Source: Selaginella moellendorffii (lineage: Eukaryota; Plantae; Lycopodiophyta). From it: 64,000 nt of DNA. The first letter of the stretch is position 1, and each line of letters begins with the position of its first letter. The notes under the pieces are model-generated. The model did not search any database. It was not told where the DNA came from and saw only the letters and a list, made by a program, of their open reading frames with translations. Positions 1 through 11,849 of the stretch are shown here, in pieces. The stretch lies in the NCBI RefSeq assembly GCF_000143415.4, contig NW_003314286.1, positions 1,027,643-1,091,642 of the forward strand, written 5' to 3'. A program made the translations under genes and the position numbers.

Positions 1-2050
1 TATGTCAATAGAAGTTGGGACTACTCGAGAATGTGTAGTGGGGTTGAGCTAGAGAATGGGTCTCTAATAGGTTTAGCGAGAGCAAACCCAATAAAAGAGA
101 GAGAACCACCTGAGGTGGTCAAATGAGTCTTTATGTTGGAGACACTATGCTCCTTAGAGGTTGAACAAGGCATGGCAAGCCTTCAGTGTCAAACCATTGA
201 CAAATATTGGCTAAGTGTCAAGGATGGTGAATGTAATACATGCTAGTGTTACTTTATAAAACGATTTATCATTCGATGAGGACATTGAACTTCGTCTATG
301 GGTGGTGGAGTTGTGAGACACAAAATCCCTAGGCCCCAAAATGGAGCCGAAAGGGTGCCACGTGGTAGTGGCCGAAGCAAAAGCCAAACGAGCGTAACAC
401 GTTTGGACTAAAAGGCTCTGACTTGAAAGGTCGAGAGCGGGAGTGGAACTCTCAACGGAGTGCTCAAGGAACGAGCATGAAGCGAGCAATAAGCGAGGCT
501 CCAAAAAGGGACCCAAAAGGACCAACACATCACACGTGGAAGTGTCCGAGATGGAGTCCGAGATGGACCTGAGTTGGAGTCCGAGATGGAGTCCGAGGTG
601 GACCCGAGATGAAGTCCGAGGTGGACTCGAGATGGAGTCCGAGATGGACCCGAGTTGGAGTCCGAGGTGGAGTCTGAGATGGACCAAGATGGAGTCTGAG
701 AAGGACCCAAGATGGAGTCTAAGATGGAGTCCGAGATGGAGTCCAAGATGGAGTCCAAGATGGAGTCCGAGATGGAGTCTGAGATGGACCCGAGATGGAG
801 TCCGAGATGGACTGAGATGGAGTCTGAGATGGACCCGAGATGGAGTCCGAGATGGACTCGAGATGGAGTCCAAGATGGAGTATTACAAGAACTTTAAAGA
901 GTATATCGAGACGGAGTCCAAGATGGACCCGAGATGGAATCCGAGATGGAGTCCGAGGTCAAGACCGAGACTGGGACCGAGACCGAGACCAAGACCGAGA
1001 CCGAGACCGGGACCGAGACTGAGACCGGGACCGGAACCGAGACCGGGACCGAGACTAAGACTGGGACCGGAACCAAGACCGAGGCCGGGACCGAGACTGA
1101 GTCCAAGTTTGAGTCCGAGTCCAAGTCTGAGTCTGAGTCCGAGTCTGAGTTTGAGTCTGAGAGGGTGAAAGCCTAAAGCATTCGTCTCCTAGACCCTGGG
1201 GGGTTTGGTGAGCTCCAAAAGTATAGTAACAGGGAGGACTGCAGTGGAGCCAGTTTGGCTAGGAAAGGCCAGTTTGGCCCAGGAAGGCCAGACCTAGTGT
1301 TGGGTGATGAATTGACCACTAGGAAGTCCAAGACTAGAGTGAATACAGACCGATAAGTGGGATAGCTTGAAGAAGTGTTCAAGAGCCAGCTCTAGTTCCC
1401 CCAGGAGATCGACTGGCCGATGCTCCTAGTCCAAGTGTGGGTGGCACTACCTACTTGGATACTTGGTGTGGCTCAACGGAACCTCGCTCTAAGCTCATGG
1501 CTAGAGCACCTAAAGGCAGAAGGTGGGGAGAGTACCCACGGGGCTCACGTAGGGCCACGGTGTTCCGAAATGTTGTCCCGAAGTTCCAAATGGGGGAAAG
1601 GTGGAGGAGCAATCCTCTAGTGTAGTGACTACGGATATGGTCACATGGTGAGGAAGTCCCAGAGGACCATGGGACTTAGTAGCCGAGCCTATGGGCCTTG
1701 ATCTAGTGGTAGTGTTGGTGAACATGGCCATGGACGGAAGAGGGACTTGGCAAGAACTGAGAAAGGGATGTTGGGGAAGGCTATTCCCATGTCTGTGGGC
1801 ATCTTAAGGATGTTAAGGAGTGGATCTAGGATGACCACTTGTGGACGGATGACCCAGTCTTGGAGAGACGAGATTGTGATACAAGTGGTATTGGACCACT
1901 AGTGCAATAAAGGTGAATGGGTATGGCCTTAGTGTAATGGGCCGATATGTCAGCGGTACCTTTGGGTGTCGGTCTTGGGACTGGACACGTGGAGCACTTG
2001 GACCAAGTGGTCAGAGGTGTGGTTAAGTGACTAAAGTAGAATAGAAAATT
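1..2050 (-). mobile_element. Decayed Ty3/gypsy gag-protease remnant, interrupted by a tandem-repeat array
   Basis: Minus-strand ORF 211-873 ends ...ACITFTILDT*, resembling the retroviral aspartic protease LD(T/S)G site with a stop. Gag-like fragment GQHFGTPWPYVSPVGTL near 1520-1570. Many stops and frameshifts. Confidence 0.45.
548..1160. repeat. Compound minisatellite: 11-12 bp units GAGATGGAGTCC/GAGATGGACCC (548-960) followed by 6-bp units GAGACC/GAGTCC (961-1160)
   Basis: Directly visible. Translates to WSPR, MESE, ET and PR repeats in several frames. Confidence 0.97.
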
Positions 2051-2149
2051 TAATCGCTTACAGAGGATTGGAGTATTCTCCTGGATGTCTTCAAACACGC
2101 ATTCGAACATGTTGACAATTGTGATTATGCCTTCCAACAATTCCATTGT

Positions 2150-4895
2150 CTTTGTCAAGAGCCATCTGAGTCGGTGATGCAATTTGGTGTTTGTTTCCGA
2201 AGTCTCTTGCTTCGTGCGGAGCCAAATATGTCGAAGTGGATTAAGCTGGGAATGTTGTGGCCAGCACTTCATCAAAATTTTGTAGAACTTGCGTATGCAC
2301 TTGCTTTAGCCACCCTTGATAATGCCCTTCACTTGGCACAATGTTATGAGACATTGCCTCTTCCACTTCTCACTACATGTTTTTCAACTCCACTTCCTGT
2401 GGGAGATAGTTTTGTTGAAATGGAGGTTAATGCTGCTGCTACTTGAGTTCAAGGACAAAGGCGAGGATGTGGTCATGGCCGTGATGTTCACTACTAGGCG
2501 TGTGATGACACTTATTGGCATTGTCGACATTTTCTGGATTAGTGGCCTTCAGTTCTTAGGTGAAGACCTTGGCGTCAACAACATCCTATTGGTGCTACTG
2601 CAATGGAAGGTTTAAAAACCAAGATGCATTCGGGAAACAAAGAGTCACGCGAATAATGAAAGGACCTTGTGCGAATAAGTCAGTGATCCTTTTATTTTTC
2701 TTTTGCAAATATCATCAAGGGGTTCACTCAGCACTAGTTCATTCAGTGTTTATTTTCCAAGCTCATTTTTATAACAAGAAGTCTCCTATTATTCTCTCTA
2801 TGTTGGTTGATATAAGTTCAAGTTTATCTTTTATTGCTTGACTTATTGCCACACATTGCCGTTTATATTTGCATCATATGGAAGAGTCAATTTTCATTCT
2901 TTATGGTAATGGCCATACACATGCATATGCACTAGATGAGGTGGATCTAATTGTGTGTGTGGGTGATCTTAAACTTGGGTTGTAATCATTGCAGGTGGTA
3001 CTAAGTCAAGCTTTTGACCTTATCCTTGGTATAAATTGGTTGTAATGCAATCATATCAAAAGTAACTTTGAGGTTTCTCTCCCTTGTTTTATACTTCTTT
3101 ATATTTTATCCATTCCTCTCACTTCCATACCTCTTCATCCCTCTGCTTCTATTACTTCCTCCTATGTTTTTATTTTATTCCGCTCTTCCCTTTTCTGATC
3201 CCTCCAACAATCTTTGTGTTGCAATGGTTGACTGATTCATGAAGGAGTATGCCAATCTCTTTCAATTTGACTTATTGTTTAAAGCCAAGATTGCCACACA
3301 TCATCCAATTCCAACTGAAGATACTCGTCCAATCAAGGTTCATGTTCGCCATCAGTCACCCAAAGAGATCAAGATTTTACCTGTAAACATCAAAGAGATG
3401 TTGGAAAAAGGTGTTATTCAAAAGTTGCGGAGTTTTTAGACATGTGAATTTCATTTTGTGATGAAGCTTGATGGGAGTATTTGTTTCTGCATTAATTATT
3501 GTTCTTTAAATGAAGTGATGATCTTGGATGTGTACCCTCTTTCTCATATTGCTAATTTCTTGGATTGCTTGGGGAAAAATCATTAGTTCACCAAGCTAGA
3601 TCTTGGTTCTAGGTAGTGATAAGTACCAATGGTTGAAAAAGATATTCTAAATATTAATTTTCATACACCATTTGGTTTGTACGAGTTTTTGGTGATATTG
3701 TTTGGTTTGAACAATGCTCCAGTGACTTTCCAATAGATGATGGATAAGGTTCTTTGCAATATGCTAGAGGTGACTACTAACTTCATTGATGGTGTCTTGA
3801 TCCACTTAGAGGGGACATGGGAGGAACACATCCATAATATTCGTAAAGTGTTGAATCGGCTACGAGAAGTTGATTTAAAACTGAAGTGGTTGAAATGCGT
3901 GTTTGAGTTCAAGGACACAACTTATCTTGGGCACTGTATTTCTCGTGAGGGTTTGCAAGTTAATCCTGACAAATTTATAGCTGTTCTAAAGTTCCCTACT
4001 CCAAAGTGTGTGAATGAGTGTAGCACTTTCTGAGCAAAGTGTAGTATCTTGGTTGTTTTGTGGATCATCTTTTTTATCGCACTACACTATTGCAAGCATT
4101 GCTGAAGTCATCAATGTCATTTTTCATGTGGTCTACAAACTGTCTACTGAGACTATATAGTCTTTTATATGGTCTATAGACATCTCAATTGGGGATACGC
4201 CACACTTTCACAAATGTTTATCATCTACAGTTAGACAGTTTAGTGAAATAGTTTGTTCAAACATTCAAAGGGATGATTGTAAAGTATGTGAACTTTGCAT
4301 TCGGATTGGAATGGCTATTTGCCATCTCTTTACTATGCATATGTCACAAGGGTGTAGAGTTCTATTAATGCTTCACCATATAAACTCTTATATGGTCATG
4401 ATCCAATATTACCAACAGAGTTGGGTTTACTTTTGTGATTGCCACGAGTTGCAAATGCTAGGTCATGGGTTTAGTATTTGACAAGCATTCTTCCACTTGT
4501 CTGAGTAGAGTTTGTTAAACACATAGGCCATGTACAAGTGGGACAACAATGGTGCTACAACTTGCAAAGTATAAAGTGGATGACTTGGTATTAATTTATT
4601 TTCCCTATCTTATGGTACATAGTTTATCTAAAAGGCTCCTTTCTTAGTGGAAATGACCATATCGGGTGTTGTGGCAAGTTGGATTGCAAGTTTATGAGGT
4701 TCGACATGATGTCCAGTAAACTGATCCTCCAAAAATTGTACATATTTAGTGGTTGAAACATTTCATTCAAAGGGATTAGGAACAATTGATACCACCTGTA
4801 GATCCACTGATGCCTCTTCTTAATGTCCCTCTAAATCCCAACCCATCTACAAGAGAACCTTAATGGTCTTCCATTACTCCGAGAGAAGGGAATGA
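2150..4895 (+). mobile_element. Decayed Ty3/gypsy LTR retrotransposon internal region (gag-PR-RT-IN C-terminus) with an internal deletion
   Basis: Gag-like CFRSLLLRAEPNM...LHLAQCYE; protease MLVDISSSLSFIA; RT motifs EMLEKGVIQ, KLDGSICFCINY, TPFGLYEFLVILFGLNNAPVTFQ, FIDGVLI (degenerate YxDD), KC.F...YLGH; integrase YHLQLDSLV (from YHPQTDG) and SPYKLLYG near 4220-4400. RNase H and the integrase N-terminus are apparently missing around 4140-4180. Confidence 0.9.
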
Positions 4896-4900
4896 TGTGA
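4881..4900 (+). other. Polypurine tract and probable start (TG) of the 3' LTR
   Basis: GAGAGAAGGGAA followed by TGA-TGTGAGG directly after the integrase remnant. Confidence 0.6.
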
Positions 4901-6444
4901 GGTCCAAGTGTATGGGTAAGATGCCATATATTAATATTAGCGTAGTGAGATTTTGGTAGCTGTCAGATTGATTTCAATCTGGACCACTCGCTCTTGCATA
5001 TAAGTTAGGTTTTTTGACTAACTGATATGCATATTTTTTATATTCCCTTTCCATATTCCATGCACCCACAAAGATAATTTTATTATATATAAAAAATTAT
5101 ATAGTAGAATAAACTATAATATACTAGAAAGTGTTTAGAACAGTTTATAAATTATAAATAATAAATTAGTCTAAGTGCATTACATAGTAGAATATCATAG
5201 AATATCCAAGAATAATCTAAGTATATTCATTATCTTACAGGTTTGCTTAAGCATACCAAAAATACAAAAATTTCAAAATAGCTAACACTGATTTTGAACA
5301 TTTTATAGTTACTATTTATAGATAAATATACTTTTTTATAGATTTTAATAAACATCTCAGCCAGATAAAAAATATCAATGATCCTTTTTATGGCATAGAA
5401 AGCTTTATGGAGCTTGTAAGTTTCTTTGTTATTTTCTGTCTCTTCCTATAATTGATCACAATTACTTACTCCATTGTATGGATGAAAAACTAAAGGTGAC
5501 TAAATAATAATAATAATTTTCTGCTTGTTGTATATAACAACATTTGGTTTGCTTAATAGTATTGTCATCCATGCTTAGTATTGTTGAATAATCCAATTGA
5601 TAAATAATTATAAACATGTTTATAAATTATAAATACAAGTTTAATCTAAATGAATAACATAGATAATAGAATTTCCTAGAATATTCAAGCATATTTTAGG
5701 CCTTTGTAAATGAAGTTCTTTCTTGTGACTGCATTCGTTTTCAATATCCAAGAGATGGCACCACACGAGAACGACAGCTCCAACAATGGCTCCTTGGCTG
5801 GAGCCCTGGTTGGTTTTTTGAGTGATAAAGTGATTAATAGAATCATTCGTATTACATAGCATATACTCCGTGGAAGTGCTGCCCTTGGATGAGCATCAAA
5901 GAACCATTCCACAGTGCAAAGTTTAGTTTGTTTTTGGTAAAGGGTCTCCATGACCATGCTATCAGGATCATGTGTGGATGTACTTGTTTGGTTTTCGTCC
6001 CACTTCCTGAAAGAAGCTCGTTGGCAGCTTTTGAGTTTGACAAGAGGGTAAGTCTCGTTTAGTTAGCGCAGAATATTCGTGGCTTAGCTGGCGCCGTCGT
6101 CAATCGCTCAAGCTTTAGCTGCGATGGCGCCCGGGGAGTGGCATTGCCCCAATCGGCCGACGACGCAATTGTAGCATTGCCGCCATGGTTGGAGCTGTGC
6201 CGCCACTGGATCCTTCGCGTCGACTGGCGCCGTGGTTCCCCCGGTAGGGTAATTGGATGCTGTGGAACGGATCAGGGCGCGCGGTCGGCGAATTCCGCCT
6301 GGCCAAGGCCAGCATTGTTGGCATGAGCCGCTAGGTAGGTAGCGAGGGCGTAGGGATTTAAGTAATCTTTGTGGATCTGTTCGCGGCACTGGTGGCAGCG
6401 TTCTAGGGATTTCTCATCCAGATCTACACGGAAGAACAGAAGGA

Positions 6445-7134
6445 ATGGCGCAGCAATCTGGGCCGTCGTCGTCGAGAGTGAAGCTCATGATTTTTTTGCT
6501 TGCTCTGGCCCTGGGTATGTACATTGTTGGCCCGCCATTGTATTGGCAGCTCCAGGAAGGCGCTGCTTCCAGCGTCCAGGTGGAGTGCCCGGTTTGTAGC
6601 TGCGATTGCTTGACTAGCAACTTGGTGACTGCTGCCGTGTCAAGTAAGTTCCTCCATTTTTCTTCTTTTATTCTCTTTAACGTTGGGACTGTTTGGTTTT
6701 TTCTACAGACTTGGGGAACCTCTCGCTTCTCGGTGAGTCTGCTCGTTCTTCCTTTCTTGTGTACTCAAGTTGTGTGGGTGGCAGATTGCAGCAGAGACGA
6801 TCCGGAGATGAGAGAAGAACTGGACAAGAACCGCCTCGAGCTGCTTAACGAGGACCTCAAGCTCCAGGAGATGGTGGCCGAGGATGATCGGCGGCGAGCG
6901 GAGATGGCCCTGGTCGATGCGAAGAAGCTCTCGTCTCAGTACCAAAAGGAGGCCGAGAAGTGCAATATAGGCATGGAAACGAGCGAGGAAGCCAGGGAGA
7001 AGGCCGAGGCAGCACTCGGAGAAATGAGAAAAGTAGCTGCCCTGTGGGAGGAAAGAGCGCGGCGACTGGGATGGAAGGACAGCGGCGATGGCGAAGCGAA
7101 TCCCATGAGACGGCGAGCGCTCAAGTTTCGATAG
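6445..7134 (+). CDS. DUF1068 family membrane-anchored coiled-coil protein; exons 6445-6643, 6709-6732, 6785-7134
   Basis: YIVGPPLYW, CPVCSCDC, DC..DP...EE, SSQYQKEAEKCN.GMET.EEARE, WE.RAR..GW motifs. GT-AG introns 6644-6708 and 6733-6784. Confidence 0.9.
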   Translation: MAQQSGPSSSRVKLMIFLLALALGMYIVGPPLYWQLQEGAASSVQVECPVCSCDCLTSNLVTAAVSSKFLHFSSFILFNVGTVWFFLQTWGTSRFSVSLLVLPFLCTQVVWVADCSRDDPEMREELDKNRLELLNEDLKLQEMVAEDDRRRAEMALVDAKKLSSQYQKEAEKCNIGMETSEEAREKAEAALGEMRKVAALWEERARRLGWKDSGDGEANPMRRRALKFR

Positions 7135-7394
7135 AGGTACTAGAATGCTCTTCACAACTTTTTGGGTCATGTTTCTTCTTTCCAGAACGTTTTTGGTTTC
7201 ATCCAGTAATCGACTGGCATTTTTCTCTCACAAAGAGATTTTTCCGAGAGCTTGCGACGAAAGATGGACCCCAATCAATCGCGTCCTAATAATCCCAGAG
7301 CGTTCGGCACAATCTCTGTATCCAACTTTGGCTAATGGTTTTGGAAGCCTTGCGGTTTTCCAGCTGCTTTGGTACTGATGGAATTCTGGATGTC

Positions 7395-8766
7395 TCAGGC
7401 GCTCAGAAACTCCTCCAGGTCGTCGCCGAATTGCATCAGGTCGAAGTTGAAGTCTTCAAAGGTGTCTTCGTTCATTGCGGTTTCCTGCAAGCCACGGGGT
7501 GTTTTAAAATGATTTCTTCGAACTTTACTTTCATCTTACCTGTGCTTGTCGTAGATATTCCGCTCTGAATTCCTCCCGAGCAATGGAAATGTTGTTGATT
7601 TCATTGCTTAAATCTGCCTGATTCTGCTGTTCCTGACCATTCACTCCTGCGGCAAGAAACATAGAACGTGAGTTTTTTTTTCTTCATTCTTGAGCAAGCA
7701 AATTTCTTACTCTCAAAGATTCTCTGTTTGGCTTGTTCGTATTCTTGAAAAGTAGAGTTCGTCGTCTCGTCAATCCCAACATCGGATGCCTGGAAAAAGA
7801 ATATTAGGAAGGAAATCTACTTCTTTTGCTTACCAGGTTTCCAAAGATATGTTCCTTTGTGGGAACAGACGAAAGCAACCTGAAAGATGAGAAAGTTATT
7901 GACGACAAATACCATCAAACAAAGATCTCAGCGTACCTGGATCGTGCCAGCTGCAAACGCTCATTAATCCGGTTGATACGATGCTCGGTAGCTTCTTTCA
8001 CAGTTTTGAGAGTAACACAGGTATGGCCATAGAGAAACGCTTTGTGCCTGACCATGTAGCGAATTACGTGCAGTGGAACTGGATCCGGTCCCTCCCTCAC
8101 GATTTGAGCGAGAGATAAGAGCCATTGCAAATTTTCTGCAAGAGAAGCAAAACTTTAGTGTGACGAAGAAAATAAAAGGGATACTACTACGACTACGTAC
8201 CTAGAGACAACTTTAAACATCAGGAGGAATTCCTGGAACCATGTAAAACTAAACTCATTAGAAAGGAGGAGAAGATAGAGAAGAGGAAGAAGAGAAGGAA
8301 AAAAAAAACAAAGAAAGGAGTTGCGACAATGCTCCTCCATCTAGAAAAAAAAAAATGAAAGAGCTAACGTACCGAGAGACAAGTAGACTTTAACTTTGGG
8401 AGAGTATTCCTGCGTTTCATAGAGAATGTAGACCGCGTAGAGGGCTCCCAGTCTCCAAGAGAAAGGCTCCTCTGGAGAAAGATGAACTAAACGAACGAAA
8501 TAGATTGAGGGATCAGAGAGGAAGAAGCAAAACGAAAGAAAATTTGGCGTACCACAGGCAGAGGTGTAGAGGATTTGCATGAACCGCGAGGGCTCCAATT
8601 TGGCGCGACGGGCCTGGTGGATGAAGGAGAAGCCGCGGCATCGCCATACCTCCTTCATCTGCGCCAGCTGCGTGCACCCAAGGGTCGCAAACGCCTCGAT
8701 CAGCTCGTCCACATCGCGCGATAGCGCAGTGTATTCCGCCGCTGACACAGCGCCAAGCACTTCCAT
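7395..8766 (-). CDS. SNAPC1: snRNA-activating protein complex subunit SNAP43/SNAPC1 homologue (multi-exon)
   Basis: RDVDELIEAF...MKEVW...FSFIH...FMQILY...RLGALYAVY.LYETQ...KVYLSL matches the plant SNAPc43 N-terminal domain. Acidic C-terminus ...FGDDLEEFLSA*. Confidence 0.85.
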
Positions 8767-8899
8767 TCAGCCTGTAAAGTTTAGGGCACGGATTAGGGTG
8801 ATTCTCAAGTATTGTGAGGCAGAGCGGGAAAACAACGAGCGCCCCTTACATGCTCCTAAATCCGAACAACGCTGGGATATGCTCTGGGGCGGAGTGGGG

Positions 8900-11200
8900 G
8901 TTCGAACAGAAACATGACCCAAATGTGTGAAGACCTCTATTGAAACTTTGTCGTTCATTCGCTGAGTCTCGGAGCAAACGGATCCCTGGAAAGCCGTCCT
9001 CTTGAGATGGAGAATATCGCTTTAGATCTTTGTGAGCTTCACATTGAGGGACTGGTAGATGATGCCATTGATCATGGCCTGGACTCCATCTCGTCGTGGA
9101 AGAGATGTATGAGCAGATGTTGTGGAAGGGCCTTGTGAAGTCTGCTGGTATCGGCATCTGTAGCGTTGGCTGGAGGCACTGCATTTCATCCACGATTTGG
9201 AGAAATGCTAAGCTCAAGATCTGGTGTGGAAGCTTGGGCTCACGGCATTGCTCTTGCTTGGGACACTCTCGGCTGTAGTGATTGGAATGATGCAGCATGT
9301 CATTAGTGTTGGCATTGAGAGCTGGAACTGGTGGCACCACTGCTGGAGGAGATGCTGGACAAGCTTGTGTTGTCACCGCTGGTGGGGGAGACGTTTGAGG
9401 ATGCTCCTACTGCGTTGTGCTCCTCTGGCACCGGCAACTTGAGGTATAGAGTTCATTTCTTGGCACTTGTCATAGTCTTGGCATCATCCAGCAGCGTGCT
9501 TATGGGCTCAAGATCTCATTCGTGAGTCTTCTCTTGAGTCTCCTCACCTTGCCTTTGTCCTTGGTGGTTCCCTTTGGAGTTTTCCTGCCCTTGTGCATTG
9601 GAGTTGGCTTGGCCTTGCACGAGGGTGGTGTTGTCTCAGCTACTGCTCTTCATCTCTTCACTGGTGGAGTTGGTGCTGGTGGCAACTCTTCTTTTTCTTC
9701 TTCTTCTTTCTTGCTTTCTTCATTGTCTCCTTCCTCTTCATCATCATTGCAAAAGAGGATTATATATTCTTGTTTTTTTGAAGTGCATTCTTTTTTCCTT
9801 TGCGTTTGGGGCATCCTAGTGTTGGTGGTGTTGCTTGGCCTTTTTTTGTTGTCACCTGTTGCTGTTGCTTTGATTTGGAGGGATGTTTATGTCAAGCTTT
9901 GGGATAAGTTACTTGCGGGACAATCACAGTTTATTAATGGTGTAATTGAGTCACTTTATGGTCAATAGCAAAGTTATTCACTTGATGAGGTTGTCATAGA
10001 CAAGGTTAGTCTTGACCATTCCGAATGATGACTAGCAAACAGGCCAACTGTTATTATCAACCGGCCATGAAAGTACTGAATGGTTGATCAGTTAAAAAAA
10101 AAAAATTAATTAAAAATAAACATTTTAGTAAAACCAAATTAATAAAAGTAGGAATGTTTAAAGTATTACATGCTTCAATATCATGCCTAGAAATTTAACA
10201 AAATGCACTTTTGATTCATTTTAAGATATTACCATATATTTTTCCACAATAGTTACACCTCTGCTCTTTTGCCGGAAGCATAAGGAGTGAGTTTGGTAAC
10301 ATGGGACCATGCCCAATCAAGTGCCAATTCTAGAATCAAATCATTAGAATCATAATTTCCATTTGATGGCATAAATTATAGTTCAAGGGGATGAGGGACA
10401 AGTGTGGGCGATTTGCGAGGCTTTGGTGAGCTTCTCCATGCTCAATCAAAAGTGGAGGCCCACCAACTGGAGAGTGTTGCTCTGGAGAGCTTGGTACACT
10501 GCGTAGGTTTGGCAGGAAGTGGAGTTGGTCAGATTTGATGTAAGCTTGTTAGGCATTCATAGATGGATTGTTCCATAGCAGCAGGAGAACCAGCAAAGCG
10601 GTGGAGATGTAGTGGCGATGGCAATCACTGCAACAACATCAAATATCTAGCCCCCCGCAATCACCATTGAAATCACCAAATGGAGTTGTTTGACTGCATT
10701 TGGTGGCAGTCGGGATCTCGGCTAAATGTGGTTAGGACTAACAGGGGTTGTAAAGGTAGTTAGTGATGTTAACTCTTGCAAGTCATCCTAGAGAATTATG
10801 ATTGCTTTACCAATGGAGGTCATTGACTTGTGCATCTCGAGTGTGGAGATCAAAAACTTGAGCTATAGCTTTGCTTCATCAATCACATTATTCATTTGCA
10901 AAGAGTTGCCACTATTGTAGTTCTCAAGGGCTTTGATGCAGTTCAGTGGAATCCCTTTCGTGTATGGGATTAATATCATTTGCTTTCCATCAAGGGGAAC
11001 CTTGAAAGCCCATATAAAATATCTAGCATGCATAACAAACTTATATTTGCTAGCATACATAAAATCTTTTTTGTATACCGGGAGAAATTTCTTGGTGATG
11101 CCAAGATTGTATAGCTTCTTCATAATCTTTGAAAGCTTGTAAATTTTCTAACCTCATATAGCCACTTGTCTAGCTCTCTAGTCCTCTTCTAAGTCAAATT
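8900..11200 (-). pseudogene. Decayed low-complexity ORF remnants, probably retroelement-derived (3' region of the adjacent gypsy element)
   Basis: Acidic/Lys/Pro-rich interrupted frame (DDEEEGDNEESKKEEEKEELPPAPTPP...) and a zinc-knuckle-like remnant HHSNHYSRECP. No intact gene structure. Confidence 0.35.
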
Positions 11201-11849
11201 GAGAAGACTCACTCTAATCATGCTAAGGGATATGGGATTGAAGATGAAGTCTTTGGTGACATTGTGCACTTGTGTGTTCTATTATTTCCCCATTCTTTAA
11301 CTAAATGTTAAGTGACCTTAGTTCAAATCTCTAGCTTAAATTTTCTTTTTCTTCTTGTTGTATTCTTGTTTTCTTTTGATATTATGCACAATTTTTTATG
11401 AGTGTGGTCTTGTTTTGGTCTAAATTTTTTAAATTGTGCCATTTCATGAATCTTTGAGTTAAATTCTCAAGCTTAATTTTAGAGAATCTTCTTAAAGTTG
11501 TCTTTTTGTATTTGAACCTTGGAATTCTTCTTTGAGTTGAGTTCTTAAATTTAAATTCTAAGATTTATCTTTCCATTAGAATTTTGATCTTGATTCTATT
11601 TTGTTTTATCTATGTCAAAGTTTTGAGTTTTGTGCTTAAAGTTCTTGGATTCTAACCAAAGAAAATTGACTCAAAAATAAAATCAAGATGGGAAAGATCA
11701 TTCCTTATTCAACAATTTAAAGCTTTAGGAATGGTAGTAATTGCAACACTTCACAGTGAATATCTCTAAATTATCAACACCAAAAAGGTCAAGAAATATT
11801 GATTAATAGACACTAATCTTGACAATGATCTAGGAGGGAATAAACAAAA

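Noticed and set aside
548-960. CRISPR-like array
   Set aside because: Units are contiguous 11-12 bp repeats without unique spacers; eukaryotic context; no cas genes.
5997-6007. snRNA USE-like GTCCCACTTCC
   Set aside because: Imperfect match, no TATA at the proper spacing and no snRNA downstream.
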